From an uncultured delta proteobacterium (GTDB taxonomy: Bacteria > Desulfobacterota > Desulfuromonadia > Desulfuromonadales > JACZKF01): 64,000 nt of DNA. The position numbers were made by a program, and so were the translations under genes. Location of the stretch: positions 384,001 to 448,000 of the forward strand of contig CAWFKQ010000007.1 in the NCBI GenBank assembly GCA_963816395.1, in the 5' to 3' direction. Positions 22,470 through 31,177 of the stretch are shown here, piece by piece (position 1 is the stretch's first letter; every line of letters starts with the position of its first letter). The notes beneath the pieces were generated by a model that was not told where the DNA came from, searched no databases, and saw nothing but the letters and a program-made list of their open reading frames with translations.

Positions 22470-23638
22470 TGGGCGCTCCCTTCTGCCGCGGCGTCGTCAA
22501 CCCAGATCGGCTGGTCCACGAAAAATTCTCTGGTCAGCGCGTCCTGCGCCACCCACTCGATCAGCTGCGGGTTCACATCGGTGCCGCCGATGCCGGCCAG
22601 GTAGCCCTGGATCTTTGGATGCCCGGGAGAATTTACCAGGGCTGCCTTGATCTCGGAGCAGAAGATGCCCTCCCGACCGAGGGAGATATTGCGTTCGAGC
22701 ACGGCGACACGCGGGGCCTTGTCGAGAACCATCCGTAAGGCCTTGACCGGGAAGGGCCGGAAAAGTCGCAGCTTGCACAGGCCCACCTGCAGCCCCCGGG
22801 AGCGGAGGGTGGCCAGCGCCACCCGGGCCGTAGAGGTAATGGTGGCGGTGGTCACAAGGATCAGGTCGGCACCCTCGCATTCGACCGCTTCCACGATCCC
22901 GTAACTCCGGCCGAATGTTTGCCCGTAGTCGCTGTCCACCCGTTCCACCACTGCAAGAGCATGTTCCATCGCCTCCGAGGCGAGCCGCCGGAAGTCCCGG
23001 TACTGCTTGGCGCTGACCACTGCATTCGAGAATCCGGGATTGGCAAGGTCAAAACGGCGGGGGAGTCTGGGCGGCTGCAGCCATTCATCGACCTGCACCG
23101 GTTCCGGCACCTCGGTCGGCTCCATGAAATGGGAGATAAAGTTGGCTTCCAGCACTACCATGACCGGGAGCATGAGCTCCTCCGCGATTTTGAAGGCCTG
23201 GACGGTTGTATCCAGGGCTTCCTGGTTGTTCTCGCAGTAGAGCTGCAGCCAGCCGGTGTCACGCTGAGACAGGGAGTCGGTCTGGTCGCTCCAGAAGGCC
23301 CAGGGGGCCGCAAGTGATCGATTCACCACTGCCATGACCACCGCAGTGCGGGACCCGGCCGCAAAGTGAAGCATCTCGTGCATGAGCGCCAACCCCTGTG
23401 AGGAGGTGGCAGTGAACGTGCGCACCCCGGTCAGCGAGGCCGACAGGCAGGTGGCCATGGCCGAATGCTCGGATTCGACCTTTACCATGGTACCGCCCAG
23501 CTCGCCTCCCGCGTCCCAGTCCGAGAGCTGCTCATAGATCGGTGTCTGGGGCGTGATGGGGTAGGCTGCCACGACATCGGGCCGGCAGAGCCTGACCGCT
23601 TCGGCCACAGCGTGGTTTCCGCTGATGAATTTTCTCAT
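22466..23638 (-). CDS. 2-oxoacid:ferredoxin oxidoreductase alpha subunit
   Basis: GNHAVA, AYPITPQT, ESEHSA, TSSQGL, LFRPFP. Confidence 0.9.
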   Translation of the reverse strand: MRKFISGNHAVAEAVRLCRPDVVAAYPITPQTPIYEQLSDWDAGGELGGTMVKVESEHSAMATCLSASLTGVRTFTATSSQGLALMHEMLHFAAGSRTAVVMAVVNRSLAAPWAFWSDQTDSLSQRDTGWLQLYCENNQEALDTTVQAFKIAEELMLPVMVVLEANFISHFMEPTEVPEPVQVDEWLQPPRLPRRFDLANPGFSNAVVSAKQYRDFRRLASEAMEHALAVVERVDSDYGQTFGRSYGIVEAVECEGADLILVTTATITSTARVALATLRSRGLQVGLCKLRLFRPFPVKALRMVLDKAPRVAVLERNISLGREGIFCSEIKAALVNSPGHPKIQGYLAGIGGTDVNPQLIEWVAQDALTREFFVDQPIWVDDAAAEGSAQ

Positions 23639-25315
23639 GGTTCGTCTCCCATCGTTACAACGCCCCGGACGCAGACTGCCGCACAGGCGCCGCATCCTTT
23701 GCAATGATCCGGGTCGCATTCATAGGCGGTCTTCCCGTTTGTTTGTCCCATGGATACTTCCGGGCAAAAGGTCGCGCAGAGATCGCAGCCGATACACGTT
23801 CCACAGTAAAAACATCGTCCGGCTTCCGCTGCCGCTTCATGCTCAGCCAATCCTCCGACCACCTCCTGAAACCCGCTCACTCGCAGCTCGGCAGGCAGGT
23901 TCGGAGGGTTCTGAGGCGAAGTTGCAACAGCGGTGAGATAGGAGTAATCATTGATTTCGGCGGTGACACCCGGGGCCCGACTTGGTCCGGGCCGGAACAG
24001 TTCATGGATGGAGAAGCTCTCTCCAGCACCAGCAAAAGCATCGGCGACAGAGTCGGTTCTTCCGGTCAGATCGAGGTGGATCGCCATGGCGGCCCGCTTG
24101 CCGGATGCCATGGCGTCAACCACCGTGGCACGCAGCTGTCCGGCGTCTCCGGCCACGTACAGTCCTCGTCCTGACGGTCCGTCCCTGCCGATCGGCGGCG
24201 AGGCGGCCACCTTCCACATCCACTCGGCTGTAAAGCAATGATGCTCCCAGGGACTGGCCGATTGCCGTAATCACCACATCACAGGGGAAATCGCCCTTGC
24301 TTTCGGATCCCGGTGCAGCCGTGCAACGAACCGCTCCGACCCTCCCATCCCCCCCCACAAACGCAACCGGGTGCGCTGGGGTCCGGTGCACGCCTTCCTC
24401 TTCGGCCTCCAGGACCTCATCATCTGAAGCAGGCAGGGCTTCCAGATCGGGACGGTAGAGAATAGATACCTTCGCCGCCCCCTTGCGCACGGCCACTCTG
24501 GCTGCATCTATGGCGGTGTTGCCTCCCCCGATGACAATCACGCGTCGTCCCTTGACCCGTGCCTGCAGGGCGTCATCCAGCAGAAAATCCAGTCCGGGCC
24601 AAACGCCTTCCAACTCCTCGCCCGGAATCCCCATGGGTGTGGGAGCCCAGGTCCCCGTGGCCAGCAATACCGCCCGGTGGGAACCGAGCAGCTGCTCCAA
24701 CCCGGCCTGATCCACGGGCTGATTAGTGACCGCCTCAATATCCAGCGTCAGAATACGCTCGAGGTCCCGATTTAAACTCTCTTCCGGCAGGCGGTAGCCC
24801 GGGATCCCCCACCGCAGCAGGCCGCCCAGGCGGTCACGAGCCTCAAGGAGGCTCACCGGGTGCCCCATGCGAGCCAGGTGGTAGGCAGCTGCCAAACCGG
24901 CCGGACCGGAGCCGATCACCGCCACCGGGAGTCCTCTGCCGGCAGCGGTCAACATCTCGGGACGAGCGGAGCCGAGATCGGAAACCGCACGCTCCAGGGC
25001 GCGAATCTGTACCGAGCCATCATGCTCGGTGCGGTTACACTCGCCCTGGCAGGCGTGATTGCAGACGCGACCGCACACGCCCGGCAATGGGCTCTCTTCC
25101 AGAAAAGCGGCCAGGGCGCCGTCATAATCCCCTTCCGCGGCCTTGCACATGGCGGCAGCAATGTTGTTTACCGTCGGGCAGGCAATTCTGCACGGCGAAT
25201 TCTTCTCTTCGAACACGGGGCGGCGGCGCGACCATGAACCGGTCTTGAACGCCTCGGTGGAGAGCCTCGATAGCGGGATGATCGCTTGGGGGTCCAGAAA
25301 TTTGTGGTAACGCAT
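23635..25315 (-). CDS. GltD/NfnB-like FAD/NAD(P) oxidoreductase fused with delta-subunit 4Fe-4S ferredoxin; frameshift at ~24150-24220
   Basis: KTGSW..RP, PCRIACP, CGRVC..C..ECNR, IGSGPAG, IGGGNTAID; then VAGD, RCFYCGTCIGCDLCATFCP and CKGCGACAAVC in ORF 23635..24219. Confidence 0.8.
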
Positions 25316-25316
25316 G

Positions 25317-25865
25317 TTACGCAGCCTCCGTGATTTTGACCGCGTCGAACGCCTGCCGTGCGGCTTCCCGGTTGCCTTGGCTATTCGCAGGGATCGCCTC
25401 GATCAGGGCATCGAGCAGGCAATCCAGTTCGGGCTGCCCCGCCAGCCTGCAGTACGCCCCCAAAATCGTGGTATTGATGATCTTCCCCAAGCCTGCCCTC
25501 TGGCTGACCATTGCGGCGTCTATCAACCCGACTCGGAAGCCGTGTAAATCTCCCAACTTCTCCAGAGGGCGGACGGTGTTGATCAGCAGCGTGTCTCCTG
25601 CCTTGAGCAGATTGCGCGCCTCGCCGGCGTCGAACAGACTCTCGTCCAGATAGATCAAGGAATTGGGACGTCTGATCTCGCACTTGAGCAACACCTTCTC
25701 CCGGTCAACCCGCAGGAACCCGACCACCGGCGCACCCCGCCTCTCGCCGCCGTAGACCGAATAGCACTGGGGATACATGCCAGCCTTGAAGAACGAAAGG
25801 CCCAGCGTACTTGCCGCAACGACAACCCCCTGCCCGCCCCGGCCGCTTAGCTTGATTTCAAGCAT
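25317..25865 (-). CDS. 2-oxoacid:ferredoxin oxidoreductase gamma subunit
   Basis: GRGGQG, YGGERRGAPV, NTTILGA. Confidence 0.9.
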   Translation of the reverse strand: MLEIKLSGRGGQGVVVAASTLGLSFFKAGMYPQCYSVYGGERRGAPVVGFLRVDREKVLLKCEIRRPNSLIYLDESLFDAGEARNLLKAGDTLLINTVRPLEKLGDLHGFRVGLIDAAMVSQRAGLGKIINTTILGAYCRLAGQPELDCLLDALIEAIPANSQGNREAARQAFDAVKITEAA

Positions 25866-25903
25866 CTTTCCTCCTCTAGGGTTGCTCTTTACTAAATTGC
25901 CAA

Positions 25904-25931
25904 TCTGGGGTACTGTATCCTGTACCCCAGA
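25904..25931. promoter_or_regulatory. Probable GntR operator: inverted repeat TCTGGGGTAC-N8-GTACCCCAGA
   Basis: Perfect 10-bp arms, immediately downstream of a minus-strand TTGACA-N16-GATAAT promoter (-35 at 25954-25959). A second palindrome AAAGTTATAACTTT lies at 25962-25975. Confidence 0.6.
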
Positions 25932-26006
25932 ATTATCATGCGATTAAAAGCCTTGTCAACAAAAGTTATAACTTTGTTTTATTTGTTGGGGGTCAGTGGT
26001 CGGGAG

Positions 26007-26702
26007 ATGAAAATGATAGAAAAAGATCTGGAGTCAGCCATAGCGCCGCCTCTCTCGATCCGGGAGCAAGTCTACAAGCGCATCAGCGAGCTGATCTTGA
26101 GCGGGCGTATCGCTCCGGCCGAACGCCTGATGGAAAACAAACTCTCCAAGCAGCTTGGAGTCTCCCGGACGCCTATCAGAGAAGCTCTTCACGTCCTGGA
26201 AATGGAGGGGTTTCTTGAGGCAATTCCCCGGGTCGGGTACCAGGTTAAAGAGATCGTCTGGGAGGAAGTGGTCGATATATGCGAGATCCGGAAGGTTAAC
26301 GAGACGCTGGCGGCCTGCTGGGCGATGGAGAAAATCACCCCGGAAGAACTGAATGCCCTGCAGAATAATCTGGACCAGGCCGAAGCCGATGTGAAGGGGG
26401 GACACCCGAAACGCTTTATCGAACGGGACGTGGCTTTTCACGATATTCTTGTCCGGGCAAGCGGCAGCCGGCGTCTGGTGGAAATCTGCCAGACCTTGCG
26501 CCGGCATATGCTTCTCTACCGCATCGAAAGTATTTACGAACCGGAGATGGTGTTGAGAGTCATCGAGGACCATCGCCGCATTCTGGACCGCCTCAGGGCG
26601 CACGACGCAGCGGGCATCACGCAGGCGATCGGCGATCACCTCGACCATGTGAAACGTGAGGTGCTCCATTATGCGTTCGAGAAAAAAGCCGCGGTTCGAT
26701 GA
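26007..26702 (+). CDS. GntR-family (FCD) transcriptional regulator
   Basis: LGVSRTPIREAL winged HTH; FCD domain with D.AFH and DH..I; divergent from the oxidoreductase operon. Confidence 0.9.
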   Translation: MKMIEKDLESAIAPPLSIREQVYKRISELILSGRIAPAERLMENKLSKQLGVSRTPIREALHVLEMEGFLEAIPRVGYQVKEIVWEEVVDICEIRKVNETLAACWAMEKITPEELNALQNNLDQAEADVKGGHPKRFIERDVAFHDILVRASGSRRLVEICQTLRRHMLLYRIESIYEPEMVLRVIEDHRRILDRLRAHDAAGITQAIGDHLDHVKREVLHYAFEKKAAVR

Positions 26703-26796
26703 CTTGCGTGCCTACTGAATTCAAGAGAGAGGGAGTTCGAGACGGGGAAAACGTTCGCGGCAGCAAATCGAGTATTTGGAGAGGAAAATACTCGGT

Positions 26797-27063
26797 CTAT
26801 TCGGCCAGGACTTCCTCAGCTGAAAAACGGAAAGGGCGCGCTACCGGATTGATGGTCCAGGGAAGAGCAGATAGGTGAGCTGCTCGACGTAGTCGCCGTA
26901 GCTCAACTTGGGCATAGATGGACTGTAATAACTGTCGGTACTCCGCTGTTTTTCCCTGGATTCCCTGCCACCAGCGGACCGTCTCGGTGAAGCCCTGGTT
27001 GTCTGCTCCCATCGTACCGATTGGCAATGAAAGCAGGAGCAGGAGACAAAGATAAACTTTCAT
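26797..27063 (-). pseudogene. Truncated secreted hypothetical protein joined to a type I R-M HsdM fragment
   Basis: Signal-peptide-like N-terminus with RBS; an alternative frame at 26862-26906 reads LSYGDYVEQLTYLLF. Confidence 0.45.
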
Positions 27064-27234
27064 GCGGCATTTCCCCTCTCAAGCACTTTTCTGCTTCGGC
27101 ATGTCCTCGGACGAACCACTGGCGATCGAATTACCAATTCCTTCGAGCACATTATCGATTTCAGTCCTCAAAGACGTGAGGGGGAGGGGTCCGGGGCCGG
27201 TGAGGCGTTTCATGACACGACGGGAACGCCTGAG

Positions 27235-27358
27235 GTAGGGGCGATTCACGAATCGCCCTGGTTTCTTGATTTTATTCTGGCCACGCCCGGGCAATTCGTG
27301 AAGTTGCCCCTACATGGCCGGCTGGTCCGGTCCGGGGCAATTCGTGAATTGCCCCTAC
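27235..27358. repeat. Cluster of three GTAG-type REP palindromes (27235-27259, 27289-27313, 27334-27358)
   Basis: GTAGGGGCGATTCACGAATCGCCCT; GGGCAATTCGTGAAGTTGCCCCTAC; GGGGCAATTCGTGAATTGCCCCTAC. Confidence 0.85.
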
Positions 27359-27361
27359 GGT

Positions 27362-27937
27362 TCAATTTGCCGGTGACTGCCGGGATGGGTGGTTTTCGTC
27401 TTCTTCCCATTTAGCTGGGTTGTCGACGATGTATTGCCGGATACCGTTCAGTTCCCGGTCGTCGCGGATGATCCGTTCGTAATAGTTGCGCTGCCAGACC
27501 GGCGCGCCCGGGTTGTCGCGGGATTGGTTGATGCGTTTCGCAGAATTCATCTTGAGATAACCAATGATCTTCGGCAGGGTCATGTTGCGGCGGTTCCGTA
27601 GGGGCAATTCATGAATTGCCCCTACACCCTGACCCAAACTGGGCGATGCGTGACTCGTCCCGAGGGTATCGTTGATCACAATGATCCCGTGGGTATGGTT
27701 CGGCATAACAACGAAAGCATCCATCTCTATGCCCGGGTACCTCTGCGGCAACGACCGCCAGACCGTATCGACAACCCACCCGGCCTCATTCAACCGCATC
27801 GTCCCGTCCACGACATCCCCAAACAGACATTCCCGCCCGGCCGTGCAGATGGTCACGAAACATGCACCGACGCTGCTGTAATCGTGATTGCGCAACCGGA
27901 TGGAGCGCCGGTGATGGATGTCCGGGCTGAATGTCAT
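27362..27937 (-). mobile_element. REP-associated tyrosine transposase (RAYT, Y1 HUH)
   Basis: RRSIRL..DY, FVTICT, VMPNHTH (HuH), WQRNYY, catalytic Tyr in YIVDNP; flanked by REPs. Confidence 0.9.
27598..27625. repeat. Perfect 28-bp REP inside the RAYT coding sequence
   Basis: GTAGGGGCAATTCATGAATTGCCCCTAC, translated in frame as VGAIHELPL. Confidence 0.9.
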
Positions 27938-27949
27938 GATTCCCCTCCA

Positions 27950-27976
27950 TAGGGGTACGGCGCGCCATGCCCCCTA
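27950..27976. repeat. REP variant upstream of the RAYT
   Basis: TAGGGGTACGGCGCGCCATGCCCCTAC: same GTAGGGGC end with a different core. Confidence 0.75.
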
Positions 27977-28027
27977 CTATGTCGGCGTTTTGCCGCCAGC
28001 ACCGCATCCCAACAATGATTTTCAACG

Positions 28028-28060
28028 TTCTTCCTTCTGCATTCTTCCTTCTTCCTTGCC
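28028..28060. repeat. Heptamer array (TTCTTCC)n ending TTGCC, copy 1
   Basis: TTCTTCC TTCTGCA TTCTTCC TTCTTCC TTGCC. Confidence 0.8.
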
Positions 28061-28061
28061 T

Positions 28062-28361
28062 TCATGGCATTTTCAACAGCCGCTCGCTGCGCCACACCCG
28101 CACAATCGAAATTCGCTCGGTGCCGATGCGGTAGACGACCCGAAACGGCGGAAGCAGCAGCTCGCGCACCGCAGACAGCCCGAATTCGGGAACAATGCGG
28201 CCGCTTTCCGGGAACTCGGCCAATTGCTCCACCTGGGCGAAGATCTCCGCAACGAAACGCGCCCCGATTTCGGGCACGTCCTGCTCGACGTACCAGGCAC
28301 GGAGCGCTTCGAGATCGACCAGAGCCGATTCGGCAAACTCGACGGATTTCCTTTTGCCCAT
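28062..28361 (-). CDS. RelE/ParE-family toxin
   Basis: F.ESA..DL..L..W; L..FPESGR.VPE; RE..PFRVVYR; I.RVW. Confidence 0.85.
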   Translation of the reverse strand: MGKRKSVEFAESALVDLEALRAWYVEQDVPEIGARFVAEIFAQVEQLAEFPESGRIVPEFGLSAVRELLLPPFRVVYRIGTERISIVRVWRSERLLKMP

Positions 28362-28365
28362 GACG

Positions 28366-28644
28366 TCAGTCCAGGCCGAGGCGCTTTTTGGCGTCGGCCA
28401 AGCTGAGCGTGCGCCCTTCTTCGACGTCCATCAACCCCTGCACCACCGCCCGGAGAAACTCCCTCTCCTCGGCCTCGGCCTCGTAGTCCTTGACCGACTG
28501 CACCACCGCCACCCCCCGCCCGCGGCTGGTGAGCAGAACAGGACGGTGGGTCTTGTCCACCTGGGAAATGACCTTCCCCGGATTGACCTTCAGGTCGGTG
28601 ACCGGCACGACGTCCTCGGAAAAGACCGGATTCGTTTTCATCAT
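28366..28644 (-). CDS. Phd/YefM-family antitoxin
   Basis: PVTDLK.NP, PVLLTSRGRGVAVVQSV.DYE; directly upstream of the toxin. Confidence 0.88.
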   Translation of the reverse strand: MMKTNPVFSEDVVPVTDLKVNPGKVISQVDKTHRPVLLTSRGRGVAVVQSVKDYEAEAEEREFLRAVVQGLMDVEEGRTLSLADAKKRLGLD

Positions 28645-28715
28645 CCACCTCCTCAGGGGCTGTTATCTGACCAGATAATAGCACCAATCAAACGACCATT
28701 CCAGGGGGCCGTTTA

Positions 28716-28748
28716 TTCTTCCTTCTTCCTTCCGCCTTCTTCCTTGCC
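28716..28748. repeat. Heptamer array (TTCTTCC)n ending TTGCC, copy 2
   Basis: TTCTTCC TTCTTCC TTCCGCC TTCTTCC TTGCC; 29/33 identical to copy 1 by eye. Confidence 0.8.
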
Positions 28749-28830
28749 CATCAAACGATATCTTCGAAGGTTGATGTTCTTCGACGACGCCTCTCCACTA
28801 TCCCCCTCCCTGGAAAACAAAGGCTGGTGT

Positions 28831-29469
28831 TTAGCCAACAACCACCTGCGGCATATATCCAGCGGCAATCGCGCGCACTATCGAGCGTGGAGTGAGAACG
28901 GTCACCTTCTGCCCCTTAAAGAGCGGCACCGGCACGTCGCCGCCTCCCACTTCAGGCCGCCAGACATGCAGAAATCCGCCCCATTTCAGACAGGCGGTTT
29001 CGGGCGCCTCGGGGGAGACAACGAAAACCCCGTCCGGCAGGTCGTCGATATTCGCCTCGAAGGTCACCTTCTCCCGGCCGCGGGTCACCCGTTCCCGGTG
29101 GAGGATACGGTCGATTTCAGCGATGGGTGCGTTTTCCGGAAGACCGAAATCAGAGTTCCCCTTGTGCCAGGCGGCGACGAACCGCTTGAAATCCTCCCGA
29201 CGGCATTCGGCGCAGGGCCGATGGCCTGCAGCCAGGGCGGTGGCCTCGTCACGGAAGAAAAGCTCGGTGTAATTGCCGGGGGTGAACACTTTCCGTTCCA
29301 GCTTCCCCGGCACCTCCAGAAGGCAGGTTACCCAGTGCTGGTGGGTCCAGCGCTTGGCGGTCAGGTTCCCGTCGGAGTCGTGGAGGATGCCGCGGTTTCC
29401 CATGAAGGTGCCGCGGGCGGGAGTAGCGATTAGATCGCCGAAGGGGGTGACGCGGTTTTGGCGGGGCAT
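28831..29469 (-). CDS. Conserved hypothetical protein with an Ada-like metal-binding motif
   Basis: Clean 212-aa ORF; ELFFRDEATALAAGHRPCAECR resembles the Ada Zn-domain motif F...A..aG.RPC..C. Confidence 0.65.
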   Translation of the reverse strand: MPRQNRVTPFGDLIATPARGTFMGNRGILHDSDGNLTAKRWTHQHWVTCLLEVPGKLERKVFTPGNYTELFFRDEATALAAGHRPCAECRREDFKRFVAAWHKGNSDFGLPENAPIAEIDRILHRERVTRGREKVTFEANIDDLPDGVFVVSPEAPETACLKWGGFLHVWRPEVGGGDVPVPLFKGQKVTVLTPRSIVRAIAAGYMPQVVVG

Positions 29470-29743
29470 GTGGAGATCTTTCCCTTGCCCATTCCGTCAG
29501 AGGTGGCCCCGGTTATTAGGACAGGTCGGCGGCGGGAATAAGGTGGGAAGCCTTCATGGTTATGCCGCCAGTTGGAGAGCCGGGCCAGCGTAGCCGGGCC
29601 GGGGTTTTTGCCAATATGCCTCATCCGGGGTTCTGTTGGGGGTTTAATGGGGACGCCCCTTAGTTTATAAGTTTCTGACAGAGGACAAGATACTTATTAT
29701 CGGGATGGAAATTGTAACTTGGGGAAAGACTAATAATTGGAGA

Positions 29744-29968
29744 TCAATCCTCTTTAAGAGTGTCTTCAAGTGTCAAACCATGAGTTGCCTTGTAGCACTG
29801 TCGATATAGTTTAAGCCAGTATTCTTTGTTCTTTGAATCCCGATCTAGTGAACCGAAGTTATCAATATGTTTCATTAATTCTAGCGCTACTCGGCTCTTT
29901 GAATCGGAAACTACCTCAACAGGAGATGAAATTTTTTGATCAGCCATCTTTAGTTTTCCTTCCGTCAT
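29744..29968 (-). CDS. Small hypothetical protein in an AT-rich patch (possibly phage-derived)
   Basis: Intact 74-aa ORF (alternative start MADQK at 29947) in visibly AT-rich DNA. Confidence 0.5.
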   Translation of the reverse strand: MTEGKLKMADQKISSPVEVVSDSKSRVALELMKHIDNFGSLDRDSKNKEYWLKLYRQCYKATHGLTLEDTLKED

Positions 29969-30251
29969 AGATGTTCAGCAATATCAGTCGTTGGTGACCG
30001 CCGCGTGAAATCTTCCTAAATTCAATTTGACCTTCCCAGAATGCCCCCCGGTTTTAGTAACTTGGGAACCGTCCTCCCCTCCTCCTGCGGAATTGTCCAT
30101 TAATACCCTCTCGGCTCTAATGGGCCAACCTATCTCCAACAGTTGGCAAGAGGGAGAATGCTGAAGATTCCACGAACCGCTCCCCGCCAACCCCGTTCCA
30201 AGATATACCATGGCTGGCGACCCGGGGACCAAGGCGGGGAAAACGTTCGCG

Positions 30252-30478
30252 GAGAAGATCAAGAATTATGGAGAGGTTGTGGGTTTTGCCGAAGGCGATG
30301 CCGGCTTCCTGCAGGTAATTTCGGCGGCCATTCGCACCCCCGAGACCTCGCCGGGCATCACCACCAGCAGGTCCAAATCCGATTCCGGCCCGGCGGTTCC
30401 TTTAGCGTATGCCCCGAAGAGGATCACTTCCTCCGGCGCGAACTCACGCACGATTTCGTCGGCAAATTGCTGGAGCAA
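30252..30478 (-). pseudogene. Fused remnants of a minimal nucleotidyltransferase and a HEPN-domain gene
   Basis: VILFGAYAKG...SDLDLLVV (MNT) followed in another frame by YLQEAGIAFGKTHNLSIILDLL (HEPN KTH.L). Confidence 0.65.
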
Positions 30479-30528
30479 CCGTCCCCATAGCCATTCGCTC
30501 TTTCGTATTCCAAAGGCAGGTTTTCAAA

Positions 30529-30616
30529 TGGTGCCCGGGACGGGGGTTGAACCCGTACGAGGTTACCCATCGAGGGATTTTAAGTCCCTTGCGTCTGCCA
30601 GTTCCGCCACCCGGGC
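30529..30616 (-). tRNA. tRNA-Leu (anticodon TAA)
   Basis: GCCCGGGTGGCGGAACTGGCAGACGCAAGGGAC-TTAAAA-TCCCT, long variable arm, GGTTCAAC T-loop, ending CCCGGGCACCA. Confidence 0.95.
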
Positions 30617-30686
30617 GCGTATGGTGTATTATTGCGATTGCGGTCTCGATGTCAACTTTTAATGACCCTCGGCAAAGGAGAATTCC

Positions 30687-31173
30687 ATGGCCGGAAAAAC
30701 CCTGAACTGCCCCAACTGCGGGGCGCCGGTAAAGACCTTCCGCAATCCCTTTCCCACCGTAGATATTATCATTCGGGTCGATGACCGGATCGTCCTGATC
30801 GAGCGCAGGAACGAGCCGAAGGGGTGGGCGCTGCCGGGGGGGTTCGTCGATTACGGGGAGAGCCTGGAGACGGCGGCGACTCGGGAGGCGAAGGAGGAGA
30901 CCGGGCTGGAGACTGGCGAACCTGCGGCAGTTCGGCGCCTACTCCGATCCCGCCCGCGACCCCCGCCAGCACAACATCTCCGTCGTCTTCACCGCCGACG
31001 GTGCCGGCGACCTGCAGGGCGGCGACGACGCCGCCAGCGCCGCCCTTTTCCCCCTGGACGCCCTCCCCTCCCCGCTCTGCTTCGACCACGCCCGGATTCT
31101 GACCGATTACCGGGAGTGGCTTGCCTCACGCCCGGATGAAGGGGCGTTCCGCGGGAAGCCATTCCAGAAATAG
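30687..31173 (+). CDS. NUDIX hydrolase; frameshift at ~30915
   Basis: CPNCG, Nudix box [24 protein letters not shown]; the shifted frame gives [22 protein letters not shown] and stops at 31173. Confidence 0.85.
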
Positions 31174-31177
31174 ATGC

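Noticed and set aside
27235..27625. Palindromic repeats as a CRISPR array
   Set aside because: Irregular spacing, mixed orientation, no cas genes, and adjacent to a RAYT; these are REPs.
28745..28800. Four-helix-bundle (IVP-like) N-terminal relic, TFEDIV*W, beside the heptamer array
   Set aside because: Too short to distinguish from chance.
29984..30262. 92-aa ORF downstream of the MNT fragment
   Set aside because: No RBS or motif, and it begins inside the HEPN relic in another frame.
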